A DNA stretch of 63,189 nucleotides, counting the filler, from Octopus bimaculoides (Eukaryota), in assembly GCF_001194135.2 (NCBI RefSeq). It is 4 parts of 4 records of this genome, joined end to end, with 100 filler letters (N's around TTAATTAATTAA, not from the genome) between each part and the next. Parts side by side here need not be neighbours in the genome. Positions count along the whole stretch, not along the records: positions 39,469 to 54,942 come from NC_068991.1; positions 55,043 to 63,189 come from NC_069000.1; 2 more parts are not named here. One strand, written 5' to 3'. A model generated the notes under the pieces. The model was not told where the DNA came from. It saw nothing but the letters and a program-made list of their open reading frames with translations, and ran no database searches. Below are positions 48,415 to 62,535 of this stretch, piece after piece. The first letter of the stretch is position 1; each line of letters starts with the position of its first letter. The translations under genes and the position numbers were made by a program.

Positions 48415-48947
48415 TGAAAAATAAAAAAGGATAAAATCCTGAATAAAAATTTTAAAAATGATCTCAATTTTCTATCTGAGTTCATTGAATATCATTCTGT
48501 TGTTTGTTATTATAGTCGTTGTTTGTTTTCCTAGTTATCGTTGTTTATTTGTTTATCATTATTATTAATATGAATATTGTCATTATTATTATCATTATTA
48601 TTATTATCAGTATTGTTGTTATTATTTGTTTGTTCATTTTTATTTATTTTATTATTATTGTTTCCGTTGTTTCGTCTGTTTGTGTATTTATTTGTGATTC
48701 GCTCCACCACACCCGTCCGGTCTTTCCTCTTACGCAGCCTTTTATATTTCCTCCCGCCACTCATACAACACATCCGCCATCTTGCCATGCTTGAACTTTT
48801 TCATATGTTGTGATAGATTTATAGCGAGAGATTGAGAAAGACACCGCCATATTTTACTAAACATACATCTTTTAAACGCGAATACAAGCACGTACGCAGA
48901 CAAACATATACAGACACCATACACATACACGTATGAATATATACACA

Positions 48948-49009
<62 letters not shown>

Positions 49010-49127
49010 AAAATACATAAATATATATATAAAATATAAACACATAATATATGTGTAATTGTATATATGTATATGCATATAAATATGTATATATATGTGT
49101 ATATATACATAGATATATATACATACA

Positions 49128-49168
<41 letters not shown>

Positions 49169-49428
49169 ATATCGATATATATATATTTATAAGTTTATAT
49201 ATCTGCGGCAGTATGTAATGTATGTATGCGTGAATTGACGTATGAATGTTTATGTACGCGTACGTGTCTATTTGTGTGTGTGCGTGTGTGTGTGTGCGTG
49301 TGTGTGTGTGATATGTGTGTATGTGTGTGCTTCCTCTTAAATTTATAAATATGATATAAATATGTAAACAAAATTAGCATATATATTATAAGTGTGAATG
49401 TGTGTGTTTGTGTGTGAATATGTGTGTT

Positions 49429-49467
<39 letters not shown>

Positions 49468-49663
49468 CTTTGTTGCTGATGGTAAGAAACCTAAGCGTAT
49501 GATAAGTAAGGATTGTATAAATATATCCACACACATCACACTCACACACACGCATGCACACGCATGTACAAACACACATACTACGTGTGATATATGTGTA
49601 TGTGTGTGTCCGTGTGTGTGTGAATGTGCGCGCTTGTGTGTGTATACATATATATATACATAC

Positions 49664-49703
<40 letters not shown>

Positions 49704-50653
49704 NNNNNNNNNNNNNNNNNNNNNNNNNNNNNNNNNNNNNNNNNNNNNNNNNNNNNNNNNNNNNNNNNNNNNNNNNNNNNNNNNNNNNNNNNNNNNNNNN
49801 NNNNNNNNNNNNNNNNNNNNNNNNNNNNNNNNNNNNNNNNNNNNNNNNNNNNNNNNNNNNNNNNNNNNNNNNNNNNNNNNNNNNNNNNNNNNNNNNNNNN
49901 NNNNNNNNNNNNNNNNNNNNNNNNNNNNNNNNNNNNNNNNNNNNNNNNNNNNNNNNNNNNNNNNNNNNNNNNNNNNNNNNNNNNNNNNNNNNNNNNNNNN
50001 NNNNNNNNNNNNNNNNNNNNNNNNNNNNNNNNNNNNNNNNNNNNNNNNNNNNNNNNNNNNNNNNNNNNNNNNNNNNNNNNNNNNNNNNNNNNNNNNNNNN
50101 NNNNNNNNNNNNNNNNNNNNNNNNNNNNNNNNNNNNNNNNNNNNNNNNNNNNNNNNNNNNNNNNNNNNNNNNNNNNNNNNNNNNNNNNNNNNNNNNNNNN
50201 NNNNNNNNNNNNNNNNNNNNNNNNNNNNNNNNNNNNNNNNNNNNNNNNNNNNNNNNNNNNNNNNNNNNNNNNNNNNNNNNNNNNNNNNNNNNNNNNNNNN
50301 NNNNNNNNNNNNNNNNNNNNNNNNNNNNNNNNNNNNNNNNNNNNNNNNNNNNNNNNNNNNNNNNNNNNNNNNNNNNNNNNNNNNNNNNNNNNNNNNNNNN
50401 NNNNNNNNNNNNNNNNNNNNNNNNNNNNNNNNNNNNNNNNNNNNNNNNNNNNNNNNNNNNNNNNNNNNNNNNNNNNNNNNNNNNNNNNNNNNNNNNNNNN
50501 NNNNNNNNNNNNNNNNNNNNNNNNNNNNNNNNNNNNNNNNNNNNNNNNNNNNNNNNNNNNNNNNNNNNNNNNNNNNNATATATAATGTGTATGCAAAATT
50601 TGTTTGTCTACATCCCATGATATATGCTCGTGTATGCATATATATATATATAC

Positions 50654-50698
<45 letters not shown>

Positions 50699-50880
50699 TG
50701 TGTTTGTGTGTAAAAATACATATATATGTATAATGTAATATAATATGTATATTTATATATTTACATTTCACACCATATATGTATGTATATTTAAAAATAC
50801 CGTTCATATTTACACTTTGTATTTTTATATTATATATATATATATATGTATATATACATACATATAGGTATATACATACA

Positions 50881-50916
<36 letters not shown>

Positions 50917-50960
50917 AACGTATACATATGTACATATATGCACTCACGTACACATTTATA
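46480..50960. repeat. Microsatellite field: (TA)n, (CA)n, (TACA)n, (GA)n, (CAGA)n, (TAGA)n, (TTA)n(TAG)n
   Basis: Read directly, e.g. compound run at 47200-47540. Confidence 0.95.
48700..48860 (-). promoter_or_regulatory. Core-promoter-like motif cluster
   Basis: In minus-strand order: two YY1-type AANATGGCGG (48844-48853, 48774-48783), GGCGGG (48753-48758), TATAAAAG (48739-48746); CpG-rich island amid microsatellites. Confidence 0.4.
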
Positions 50961-52429
50961 TACATATACATATACGTATTATATAAACGGTTTCTTTCCT
51001 TTTAAAAATATATACATTCCTCATATGGACATCTTTTTTCTTCTCTTATCCTACATCTAAAGAAGGGGAAGGAAAAATCACTGTTATCATCGTGATCACA
51101 CAGTTCTTTTATGAACACTTTATATTCACAATGACTTATCCTCCCCGATCTCGTCAGCCTCCACCCCCACCCCCACCCCACACCCCACATATGCCGTTTC
51201 TTCGTTTGTATCTATCTGGCAGCGGAAATAGNNNNNNNNNNNNNNNNNNNNNNNNNNNNNNNNNNNNNNNNNNNNNNNNNNNNNNNNNNNNNNNNNNNNN
51301 NNNNNNNNNNNNNNNNNNNNNNNNNNNNNNNNNNNNNNNNNNNNNNNNNNNNNNNNNNNNNNNNNNNNNNNNNNNNNNNNNNNNNNNNNNNNNNNNNNNN
51401 NNNNNNNNNNNNNNNNNNNNNNNNNNNNNNNNNNNNNNNNNNNNNNNNNNNNNNNNNNNNNNNNNNNNNNNNNNNNNNNNNNNNNNNNNNNNNNNNNNNN
51501 NNNNNNNNNNNNNNNNNNNNNNNNNNNNNNNNNNNNNNNNNNNNNNNNNNNNNNNNNNNNNNNNNNNNNNNNNNNNNNNNNNNNNNNNNNNNNNNNNNNN
51601 NNNNNNNNNNNNNNNNNNNNNNNNNNNNNNNNNNNNNNNNNNNNNNNNNNNNNNNNNNNNNNNNNNNNNNNNNNNNNNNNNNNNNNNNNNNNNNNNNNNN
51701 NNNNNNNNNNNNNNNNNNNNNNNNNNNNNNNNNNNNNNNNNNNNNNNNNNNNNNNNNNNNNNNNNNNNNNNNNNNNNNNNNNNNNNNNNNNNNNNNNNNN
51801 NNNNNNNNNNNNNNNNNNCACGTACTCCCCCACCCTCCACATATATATATAAATCTATACATAAATATATATGAATGTATGTAACTGACGTCCAGGATAT
51901 GATTACTTGAAGAGGATGCGTTGCCCATAACAACTCATTCTCCTGAATAAGTTCCTCTCTGCCTCTCAAAGACATTTTATATTTTTCCTCTCCTAATTCT
52001 CCCTCCGCTTCTGTCATCTCATCACCCAAAACAACCTTCAAGCGTGAATCGCCAACGACTTCGTTTTTTGTTATGTATAATTCCTATATAATACCAATCC
52101 TTGATAATGTTTCTAAGTCTTTAAGAAACTTTGGTAACTATATGTTTGTAGAAACGTTTTATTTCTTTTTTTTTTTCCACCCTCTGTTGGCAACAAATAT
52201 TAAACATAATTTATCTGCATAGAAATAATTCTGTATTATTTAATTTCTAAACGTTATTAAGCCTGTTAACTGAACAGTATTTTAATTCTTAACTCAACAT
52301 TATTAGACTTCGTAATTCAACATTATTAATCATATTCACTAAATATTATTAAAATCCTCAATAATAACTAAACTTAATTCGCCTTCATTATACTTAATAT
52401 TATTATATCTGTTGATTACTTGCCTTATA

Positions 52430-52910
52430 TGTGAGCTGGCAGAATCGTTAGCACGCCGGACGAAATTCTTTAAGTTCTGAGTTCAAATTCCTCCGGGGAT
52501 TGACATTTTTTCTATCGCCTTTTTGGGGGTCGATAGAATACGTACCAGTTGAGCGTTGGGTGTTGATGTAGTCGACTTACTCCGCCCCTCTAAATTGCTG
52601 GCCTTGTGCCAAAATATGAAACCAATATTATTAAACTTGATTCGACTTCATTATACTTAACTTTCTTATACCTCGCCGATAATTATTCCAGCGGCGAGCT
52701 AACAGAATTGTTTGCACGCCGGACTAAATGATTAGCGGCATTTCAACAGTCTTAACGTTCTGAGTTCGAATTCCACCGAGGTCGGCTTTACCTTTCTTTC
52801 ATCTTTTCGGGGTCGATAAAGTAAGCACCAGTAGTGTACGGGGGTCGATGTGATCAACTTAACCCCTTTCCTTAATTTCAGGCCTTGTTCCTATAACGGA
52901 AACGATTAGT
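52430..52910 (+). mobile_element. Two tandem SINE family 2 copies
   Basis: GAGCTGGCAGAATCGTTAGCACGCCGGAC...GTTCTGAGTTC(A/G)AATTCC...GGCCTTGTG at ~52430-52630 and ~52690-52910. Confidence 0.85.
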
Positions 52911-54905
52911 TTAGCCCTTCGATAATCATACACACACATACAATTACAATACTACTAGGAGTCGCCCCGTTTGTCTAAAATCGTTCAAGTCGGTCAGCCA
53001 GTATGGCCACAGTCGAATAGCTAATGCAAGTCCTAGAATAAGAAGATATATAGACATATCATAGCACGGCCACAACCGAAATGCGTTTCGCTACGCCGCG
53101 CAAGGGAAGTCTGTTTCTATTAGCTCTGGTAGTTCCTCAATTACTTGTGTTTCTGTCAATAAAATTAATCCAGTTGAGTGTACCATCCTTAGTAAGACTG
53201 CTGCTAAGTCTAAGATAACAAATGCACAAATACATACAAACTTACACACATACACGCACAAATACCCAACATACACACACACACACTGACACGTGCGCAC
53301 ACATACATATTTATAAATATGAATATACGCATAAATGTAAGTATATATAGATATATATATAGTTATGTAGATAGGTATTTAGACGTATGCAGATATACAT
53401 ATGCATACACACATGTATATTTACGTATATGTAGATATATATATATATATANNNNNNNNNNNNNNNNNNNNNNNNNNNNNNNNNNNNNNNNNNNNNNNNN
53501 NNNNNNNNNNNNNNNNNNNNNNNNNNNNNNNNNNNNNNNNNNNNNNNNNNNNNNNNNNNNNNNNNNNNNNNNNNNNNNNNNNNNNNNNNNNNNNNNNNNN
53601 NNNNNNNNNNNNNNNNNNNNNNNNNNNNNNNNNNNNNNNNNNNNNNNNNNNNNNNNNNNNNNNNNNNNNNNNNNNNNNNNNNNNNNNNNNNNNNNNNNNN
53701 NNNNNNNNNNNNNNNNNNNNNNNNNNNNNNNNNNNNNNNNNNNNNNNNNNNNNNNNNNNNNNNNNNNNNNNNNNNNNNNNNNNNNNNNNNNNNNNNNNNN
53801 NNNNNNNNNNNNNNNNNNNNNNNNNNNNNNNNNNNNNNNNNNNNNNNNNNNNNNNNNNNNNNNNNNNNNNNNNNNNNNNNNNNNNNNNNNNNNNNNNNNN
53901 NNNNNNNNNNNNNNNNNNNNNNNNNNNNNNNNNNNNNNNNNNNNNNNNNNNNNNNNNNNNNNNNNNNNNNNNNNNNNNNNNNNNNNNNNNTACATATGCA
54001 CGAGGTTTGTCCGAAAACTGAAACCAATATACAATATAACAAATAAACACCAATTTCTTGCTCTATTTGCAATTTAATCATACACGTCTTCATCATGACA
54101 TTTTCCTGCTCATGATGCTTCCCTCCACGTGATGTCACTTCCTTCCAATAAAGAGCGTTTGTTTAGAAGTATTGAAGCATTTAAGGATAACAGAGAGGTG
54201 GATGGAAGAACTCCAAGGCACAAACCCACCGAACCTGTATAGCGCACCATGACATCGCTCCTAGACAATTGTTACTTTATATATTTTGTTCCTAGAAATT
54301 TAATATCGTTTGAAATCCATTCGCAAAGTATGACCATTTCAAATGAGAGAAGGGATCAAATGCAATTTGCAAGAACGTCACTCACCAACCATCAAAATAT
54401 CGTCCATGACGTTGGGACCAGTGTAACAATAGTGGATGGGAGGGTTATGAAGAAAAGTGATCACATTATAAATAATACAATATCTTTGTTGATTAATTGG
54501 TTGGTTCGTTTTCTGGACAAACATCACAAATACACCCACATACACACATATACATCTATATATAAGTATCAACGCAAGCATAAGTGATATTTTTTTATAT
54601 GCGGAAGCAAATGTTCTGTCGTAGCTCCGTTTGAATGAATCTGTATCTGCTACTGCAGAGGCAAAATAACGCCGAAACAAAGTCTCTTGTAATCTTGTAA
54701 TCTGCTAGCATCACACTCAGGCTTGGCTTGATGACATTTCAGACACGAAACTAACAGAGAGAAATGTAACGAAAAAAAGTGATAACACACAACTGCACAT
54801 ACACACTCACACTCTGACACCCTGGCACACGCGCGCGCGCATACGCACACTGACATATATGCACATAAAGTCACATATACAGACACGCACAAATATATAT
54901 ATACT

Positions 54906-54942
<37 letters not shown>

Positions 54943-56392
54943 NNNNNNNNNNNNNNNNNNNNNNNNNNNNNNNNNNNNNNNNNNNNTTAATTAATTAANN
55001 NNNNNNNNNNNNNNNNNNNNNNNNNNNNNNNNNNNNNNNNNNATAAATAATATATAATTATATGCATGTATCCATACATATATGTACATACCGACATCTA
55101 TATGTATACATACAAGCATATATGGGTACAGGACATCACAAAAAAACGTTAAACACAATGAGAAACGAAAACAAAGACGAGGACAGAAGACGGAACTGTT
55201 TTTTCGAACAACGAAAAAAAACAGAGAAATGAGACATGCAACATAAAGAATATTACCCATCTTCAGTTGTCTCTTCTCCACTACTCCGCGTTTCGAAGGC
55301 AATATATGTGTGTGTGTGTGTGTGTATTTTGTATAGCCCCAGATTTGAAGACCAGAGTACACTGTAGACGTGGTGTTAGAAGAGAGAGAGAGAGAGCAAG
55401 AGACGGGGGGGGCGGGGCGAGAAAGGCACGTATTTGTATGCGGTGACAGTTTTTGAGTAGGTTTACCGTGTATGGATCTTGATGAAAAGCATATTTGTAT
55501 GCATTCATAGTTTTGAATTCCCATGGATACAAATTCATAGTACCAACTACCTGTCAAGTTATTTTGCGCTCTGTGAACTAAAATTGTATTGCCTTGGTTC
55601 ACGTGCATTAATCAAAAATATTCCCCCATCAAAGCTCTCTGTAAGTTATTTTCCATTACTTTTCTGAAATCCTTATTATTTTTAGGTGATTTTTCTGTTC
55701 TGCCCGTCACTGAGCCAATTTGTATGACAACCACTTGTAATGTCAGCAACAGCTATTATTGTAGGGCTAAACGTCTTTAGTTCAACAGCGGATGATCAGG
55801 TGATGAATAGCCGAAATACTTCGGTGTCTATTTCGGGAAGTAAGTTATGGTAAATATTCCAAATTTTCTGTATGTAGTATATGTGAGGTTCATTCTTGTT
55901 CGGTTAATTCACAGTCATAAAGTGAATGTATTGACTACATGCTGAGTCATTGTGCACTCTCAATGTTTCGGTTCAGATATCAGGAACTGCATTGTACGAT
56001 ATATCCGTTAAGACGGTAGGATGAAGTTTGAGGGAGTTTCGCTGCTATTTCTGCAGATGTAACGATAATAATGTAGAAACTCAAGAAGAGCCGACAGAGA
56101 TAGGCATCATTTTACATAGGGAAAAATATTGTCCAACCACCATATTGCTGGTAGAACTTTCGTCTGCTTGAAAACGCCTCCCCACCCTTCTCCTTCTCGA
56201 TTGCAGTAGGTTTTGAACTCAAGGAGAAAAAGCACTTCAGAATTTATATTATCGTTTTTATACTATCTAAAGATACGTAGACTCATATTTTTTTACTGAT
56301 CAGAGAACTGAAGTTTTGATTTTAATAAAAATGTCGTTACAGCTGCTGCTGATAACGATCATGGTGCAGTGGTAATAATATAATGATGGTAG

Positions 56393-56451
<59 letters not shown>

Positions 56452-59213
56452 TTCATTAAAGTTCATATTTATAACAGAGAGAAAATGTGAGAGGGAAAAG
56501 ATTCATGCTTTCTTGGTACATTCTATGATGACTAAATGTATAAATACCTTTCAGATAATTTTTTATGGTAATAATGAACTGAATTAATAAAAAATTATCT
56601 CAACTAGCATAAAACAAAATGACAAAAATAGTAACAATTATTAAATGTTATAATTAGCTTTATGGCTGATGTTTCGCGAATATTATCTAATAGCTATATC
56701 GACCATCTGCCGGTATAATTTTATATTACTTTTTTTTAATGATAATTACAAGAAGGATATCTGTGAGTCTGAGATATAAATATGCAGGCTATATATTTTC
56801 ACATGAGTTCTGTTAAAGGAAGTAGAAAAAAAGCCACAGCTGGTCATAGGAGCAGAGTAGTAGGCAACCAGCTAAAAGATTTGTGATCCGTGAATAACAT
56901 TCTTATCTTTTATAAGAAAATAGAAAGTTGAGAAGGAAGATGTCTGCTGTAAATTAGAGACCACATTTCGATTAGCGTCCTTTGTCTAGTTTTCGTCAAC
57001 AAATCAACCTACTCTGTGTTTTATTTTCAACTTGATTTTTGCCAACACAACGCTTCTTTTCTTCTTAAGACACCTACCTTTCTTATCACGGTACAAATTT
57101 ATTTAATCTTATGAATTTTATTTATTTATTTCACAGACACACATCATCACTAATTTCTAACCTATTAATTTTGGCTACTATCCTTTAACTCTCCGATGTT
57201 CAGAGTATTAGCTTTCACATCTGTTATGTGTAGAGTACCCCACTCAGACATCTGTATACTGTACAATCTTCTAGATTGTCGAAATCGAATCATCTCCGAT
57301 AATGGACAGCACAAACCGAAAGGCAGAAAACATTACCTCACTCCACTGACTCCGCTAAAAGAAAGTAAACCACTAATTAGGCCCATTGCGATCAAAATGT
57401 CAAATGAAGCTTTTCAGGAATACATGTTCAATAAGAAGCAAAACAAATGTAGTTATGAGTAAGTATTACTGGGTAGAAACAGTCTCCCGCTGTAGGCAAT
57501 GACAATACGTGAGATTTACGAGTGTTATGTTGGCTTGCAGTATAGCTTGAAGAAAGGTTGTGAGAAATCATTATCTTAATCACTAATATTCTAATCATCA
57601 TTTATCTTCTCCGTCAGCATAATTGTTGTTTTTATTATTCGAATTCTAAGTTAAAACCAACTCACTTCATTTACACTGCAAGTAAAGAAATGAAAATCGC
57701 TATTTCTCACTTTTTCTTTTTAACTTCAAAGGCGTTATTTTTTTTCCAGGAATTACGACAGAGTTGGAAAATTGCATGAACGAAAAACCAAAACAGTAAA
57801 CCCACACACCTGAAACTGATCTTCCTATCAAATGTATTAATATTGTACAATTTAACTTCTTCAAAGAGTATACCATTTCTTTCTCTTCGTATCGTAAGCC
57901 TGATCTCTATATTTACTTCTTTCACCTCTCTTTCTCTCTTCCTCACTATCTATTTCACTCCATACATTGTATGATATATTCTTTATATAATACGTATACA
58001 TCACATATCACCTTCTATTGATTACATTTACTGATAGAATATATATGTATAATATCATATAACATATTTGAGTAGAATATAGTGTATTTGACATATATGT
58101 CATAACATGATAAATATATGACATAAATCGTGTATTTCTATACATTTTATTCATTTATTTATTCTAATTTCATTTATATATTTATTATAATTTTTATTGT
58201 GTCGTACGTATCTACTTCCAGAATTTAAGTATCTGAGCTCAACACCAACTGAATCCAACTTTACTTAACATCCTTCTGTGATGACCTAAACAGTAAGTAC
58301 GGATTACAAATATCAGAAGGTTCTACACTTAACTAAGCAATTCATACAAGAAAACGGCTGGAAAATTATAATTCCTGTATAATAAACATACTCTAGCTAC
58401 ACAATTCTGATTTTCTTACTATTTTATCTCAAAGACTAGAATTAATGAAAGCTGTTATAGTATTCATGTCTTTCCCGAAAGCATTGTCTGCGTTAGAATT
58501 GAGGGCAGAGGAACAGGAAAGGAATGTCTACCCTTAATATTGTAAGATTTCAATCACATTTTACCTCTCCCCACCCTGTATGTGTGTGTGTGTGTAGTGT
58601 ATGTGTGTGTGTGTGTAGTGTATGTGTGTGTGGTGTATATCTGTGTGTGTGTGATGTATCTAGGTGTGTGTGGTGTATATAGGTGTGTCTATATATATAT
58701 TTATACATATACAATCAAACATATAGCTACATACACAGGCACTTACATACACGCATGCATATAGTTAATGCAAGAGGAGAAGATATATCTATTTAAAATT
58801 TTATGTCTTTACAATTGTTTCAGCAGCAGTAATAAATATCATTTTATCAGAAAACAAATTGTTCAAAATGTCTGAAAATATTAAACCAAAGACTGTTTAT
58901 ACAATAAGAGTTATCAGAAGGCAAAACAAACAAAAAAGGAATATGAAAATCTGAAAAAAAAAAAATTCAACTCTTGAAGGGTTAGATACATTACTTTTAT
59001 GTATGAATACACACACACACATACACACACACAAACTTTTATATATAATACACACACACGTACACACACACATGAACATACACACACACAAATATATATA
59101 CCTATGCATACATGTATAAATACATATCTGTATTTGTATATGCAGATATATTTAAGTATACACACCAACGAACGAACGCACACATGCACATACACACATA
59201 GACACATATATGT

Positions 59214-60030
59214 GGAGGTGTATGGCTTAGTGGTTAGGAGTGGTGCACTCATGATCATAAGATTGTGGTTTTGATTGCTGGACTGGGTGATGCATTTCAC
59301 GTTGCTCCATTCCAGTCGACGGATCTAGTTCAAAACGGGGGCACCAGTATTTTCTTAACGAAACACTTTGAAACTTGGGAAACTGGTAGAATGTGTCATA
59401 TAAAACATCTTTTTCTCTTAGTCTTCTTAAGAAAAATTATTATATTGCAATTTATTTCATGTTAAAGTTGTCGTATTTCTGTAATTTCAACCAATGACTG
59501 ACGTCCATTCAGCCGAATACATTAAGTGCTGACTACGTAAACAAACGATTCTCAAACGATTCTGGCGGTGATAAAATTATTATTTCCTTGTCAAAAAATG
59601 GCTGAAGCATATTGGCAGTAGCTAATAAACCTTTCTATTATAGGCACAAGGCCTGGTTTTTGAGGGAAGGAGCAAGTCAATTAGGGTTAGGGAAAACGAA
59701 CACACATGTGTTGCCTCTCTGCAAAATGTCAGAAGTAATGGAGATTAAATACGCTTTACACTGCTTAAACTGCCAAAGGAGTAACTGTAAACAGCTGAAT
59801 ACTTGTCAGTGATTGGTTGAAATTATCGAAATAAGACAATTTTTTACATGAAATTAATTCGAATACAAAATTTTTTTTTGTGTTCTATAACACAAAATAG
59901 ATAAGTATACGAAGTTTGAAAGTCTTTCGGTACCAAAAACACTACATAAAACATAAATGAAAACTGGTGCCCCCGTTTTGAACTAGATCCCAGTCGACTG
60001 GCAAAATTGGGTAATACTGCGACAGGCCGT
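59214..60030 (+). mobile_element. SINE family 3 interrupted by a MITE
   Basis: Head TGGCTTAGTGGTTAGG; body resumes after 59998 (TGGCAAAATTGGGTAATAC), matching 80-100. Confidence 0.8.
59321..59990. mobile_element. 670-bp MITE, Merlin-like
   Basis: Perfect 28-bp TIRs GGATCTAGTTCAAAACGGGGGCACCAGT and perfect 8-bp TSD CAGTCGAC (59313-59320, 59991-59998). GG termini with an 8-bp TSD fit Merlin/IS1016. Confidence 0.85.
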
Positions 60031-61823
60031 ATGTATGTATGTATGTATGGAGGTAGATATGTAGTTATTTACATTTTTCGCCAATCCGTTGTCCCCCACA
60101 TTAGAGAAGCATAAGATTATATTCTGTCAAATCATTGTGGAAGAATAATTATTTACGCTAGACGTATAATCATAAGACTAATGCAGCAATATTAAAAAAA
60201 AGATATATAATAAAACAAGATTACTTGTTCTGGAAGTGGCAGTTTTATTTTCGTTTATTACTTGATGTCTAATACAGATAATTATTCATACAAAATTCTG
60301 CTGTATGGCGATGTCCCGCCGTGTTTTAAAACAAAAGATTCTAATATACCTATATACATATAGACATTTATATACAAACAGTTATATCCGCATGTATGGA
60401 TGCAGTTCATCCCCTCCCCACACACACACTCACGCATACACACACACGCTCTCTCTCGCCCCCCCCCCCGACATACACTTACACTTTGCGTATGCACGTT
60501 GCCCAGGAGATAGCCAAGGAGAATTTTTAACAGGGACGTAAGCTTGTCTGCAGGAATTAGTAAACCAGAGTATCCGCTGAACCTACCTGAAACAGCAGTT
60601 AAATTTCTTCAAGTTACAGCCTACCACCTTTGAAATGGAAGGGCACATTGTATAATGCAGTCCTATTTATAGAAAAGTCGATACGACTTTTTAGAATAAG
60701 CGTATCTCTTCAGTAACTTTTGAAAAATTTTGTTTTCATTTTTCAATAGTTTTCTAAGAATATTATGTTCCAAGTCTCAGAGATTACAATTCACAAAGAA
60801 AATTACCGAAAATTTTAATTTATTTTTCTGTCCTGCTAAGCAGACTGAGAGGTACGCACCAGACATCATTATCAGAAACAGAAACATAAATAAGACCCAT
60901 ATAGCTATTTATATAAAAGGTACTATTAAAATTGGATGATCGAGTTATATGTGAATTAAATATAGACTTAATTGTTTTCTGGGAAACATTAACAAAAAAC
61001 ATTGTTTTAACGAATAAGATTGAAAATATAGTCCAAGATATTCAGTTCAAAATGATACGGATGGTTAACACGCACTTTACTGTCGTAAGAGAATGAAAAT
61101 AAATTTTCCAGGTAAAAGTAAATTTCAGGAGAAACCGGAAGTGATGACAGTGACATACCAAAATTTCATTAGAACAACATAAAGAACTTCCTCAATATGC
61201 ACGCCTACAGGCACCTACATTCATTGTACATTCTACTGATGTGTTAAGTATTTCAAAAATAGCAGCTCAAGTACACCGTTCCTGCCTACTATACTCAACA
61301 ACAAACACCTTTGAGACAACAATTCGGTTGTTTGCATGTCCACATACGATAGTCACCACAGTTAATATGAGTAATGTTCCTCTCCTGAACGATTAATGAA
61401 CTGTAGAGAAAGAAACGGCAGAAACCGGTGGCATTGCTCCTGTGGATTCACTCAAACTATACGAGCCAATTCCATTTTTTTTTTTTTTGATAAGAGGTAT
61501 TCGAGTTCACCAGTAAATGATTCAAGTATCCGCACAGCGACGTGATTTTCACCTTCAGTTTCTATCGCAGTTTACTTTCATTTTCTAGGGCAATTTACTT
61601 TCACTTTTTTATCACGATAAATGACATGTTAATCTTAGAAATATGATTATATAAATTGGTCAAAGCAGGGTTCACATGTAATTGACGCAATTATTAGAAT
61701 GAATTGTAAAGGAAGTGTTACTGTTAGTGCTTGTTCGTGTGTGTGTGATTGTGTGTGTGTGTGTGTATATACATGCTTCTTTAAGTAGGACGTGCTTACA
61801 ATAGAGACAATAATACACTGCAA

Positions 61824-61854
<31 letters not shown>

Positions 61855-62497
61855 NNNNNNNNNNNNNNNNNNNNNNNNNNNNNNNNNNNNNNNNNNNNNN
61901 NNNNNNNNNNNNNNNNNNNNNNNNNNNNNNNNNNNNNNNNNNNNNNNNNNNNNNNNNNNNNNNNNNNNNNNNNNNNNNNNNNNNNNNNNNNNNNNNNNNN
62001 NNNNNNNNNNNNNNNNNNNNNNNNNNNNNNNNNNNNNNNNNNNNNNNNNNNNNNNNNNNNNNNNNNNNNNNNNNNNNNNNNNNNNNNNNNNNNNNNNNNN
62101 NNNNNNNNNNNNNNNNNNNNNNNNNNNNNNNNNNNNNNNNNNNNNNNNNNNNNNNNNNNNNNNNNNNNNNNNNNNNNNNNNNNNNNNNNNNNNNNNNNNN
62201 NNNNNNNNNNNNNNNNNNNNNNNNNNNNNNNNNNNNNNNNNNNNNNNNNNNNNNNNNNNNNNNNNNNNNNNNNNNNNNNNNNNNNNNNNNNNNNNNNNNN
62301 NNNNNNNNNNNNNNNNNNNNNNNNNNNNNNNNNNNNNNNNNNNNNNNNNNNNNNNNNNNNNNNNNNNNNNNNNNNNNNNNTATATAGAGAGAGAGAGAGA
62401 GAGAGATAGATAGATAGATAGATAGATATAGACACACACACAATTTACATGTGTTTTTATACATACATACATCTATATATATGTGTGTGTGTGTGTT

Positions 62498-62535
<38 letters not shown>

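Noticed and set aside
51885-52075. Acidic minus-strand ORF (MKVVLGDEMTEAEGEL...) as an exon
   Set aside because: Weak acceptor, no recognisable homology, and composition explained by a purine-rich tract.
53995-54480. Possible Tc1/Tc3 relic (IEAFKD; MQFARTSL)
   Set aside because: Only faint motif similarity, one putative TIR, and no partner end.
55798-55840. GTGATGA...GCCGAAAT as a hammerhead
   Set aside because: No stem II or stem I; better explained as a simple CCGAAATA/TATTTCGG hairpin.
58278-58410. C/D-box snoRNA (GTGATGA...CTGA); similar at 13168-13306
   Set aside because: No terminal stem, no internal D'/C' boxes, and no recognisable guide.
60840-60910. PDIIIRN as a restriction-like endonuclease motif
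   Set aside because: Short match without the CCHC finger or flanking similarity.
61134-61143. Perfect ETS site ACCGGAAGTG; Sp1 site at 55409-55418
   Set aside because: Isolated motifs with no supporting context; the ETS motif also occurs inside the hAT end.
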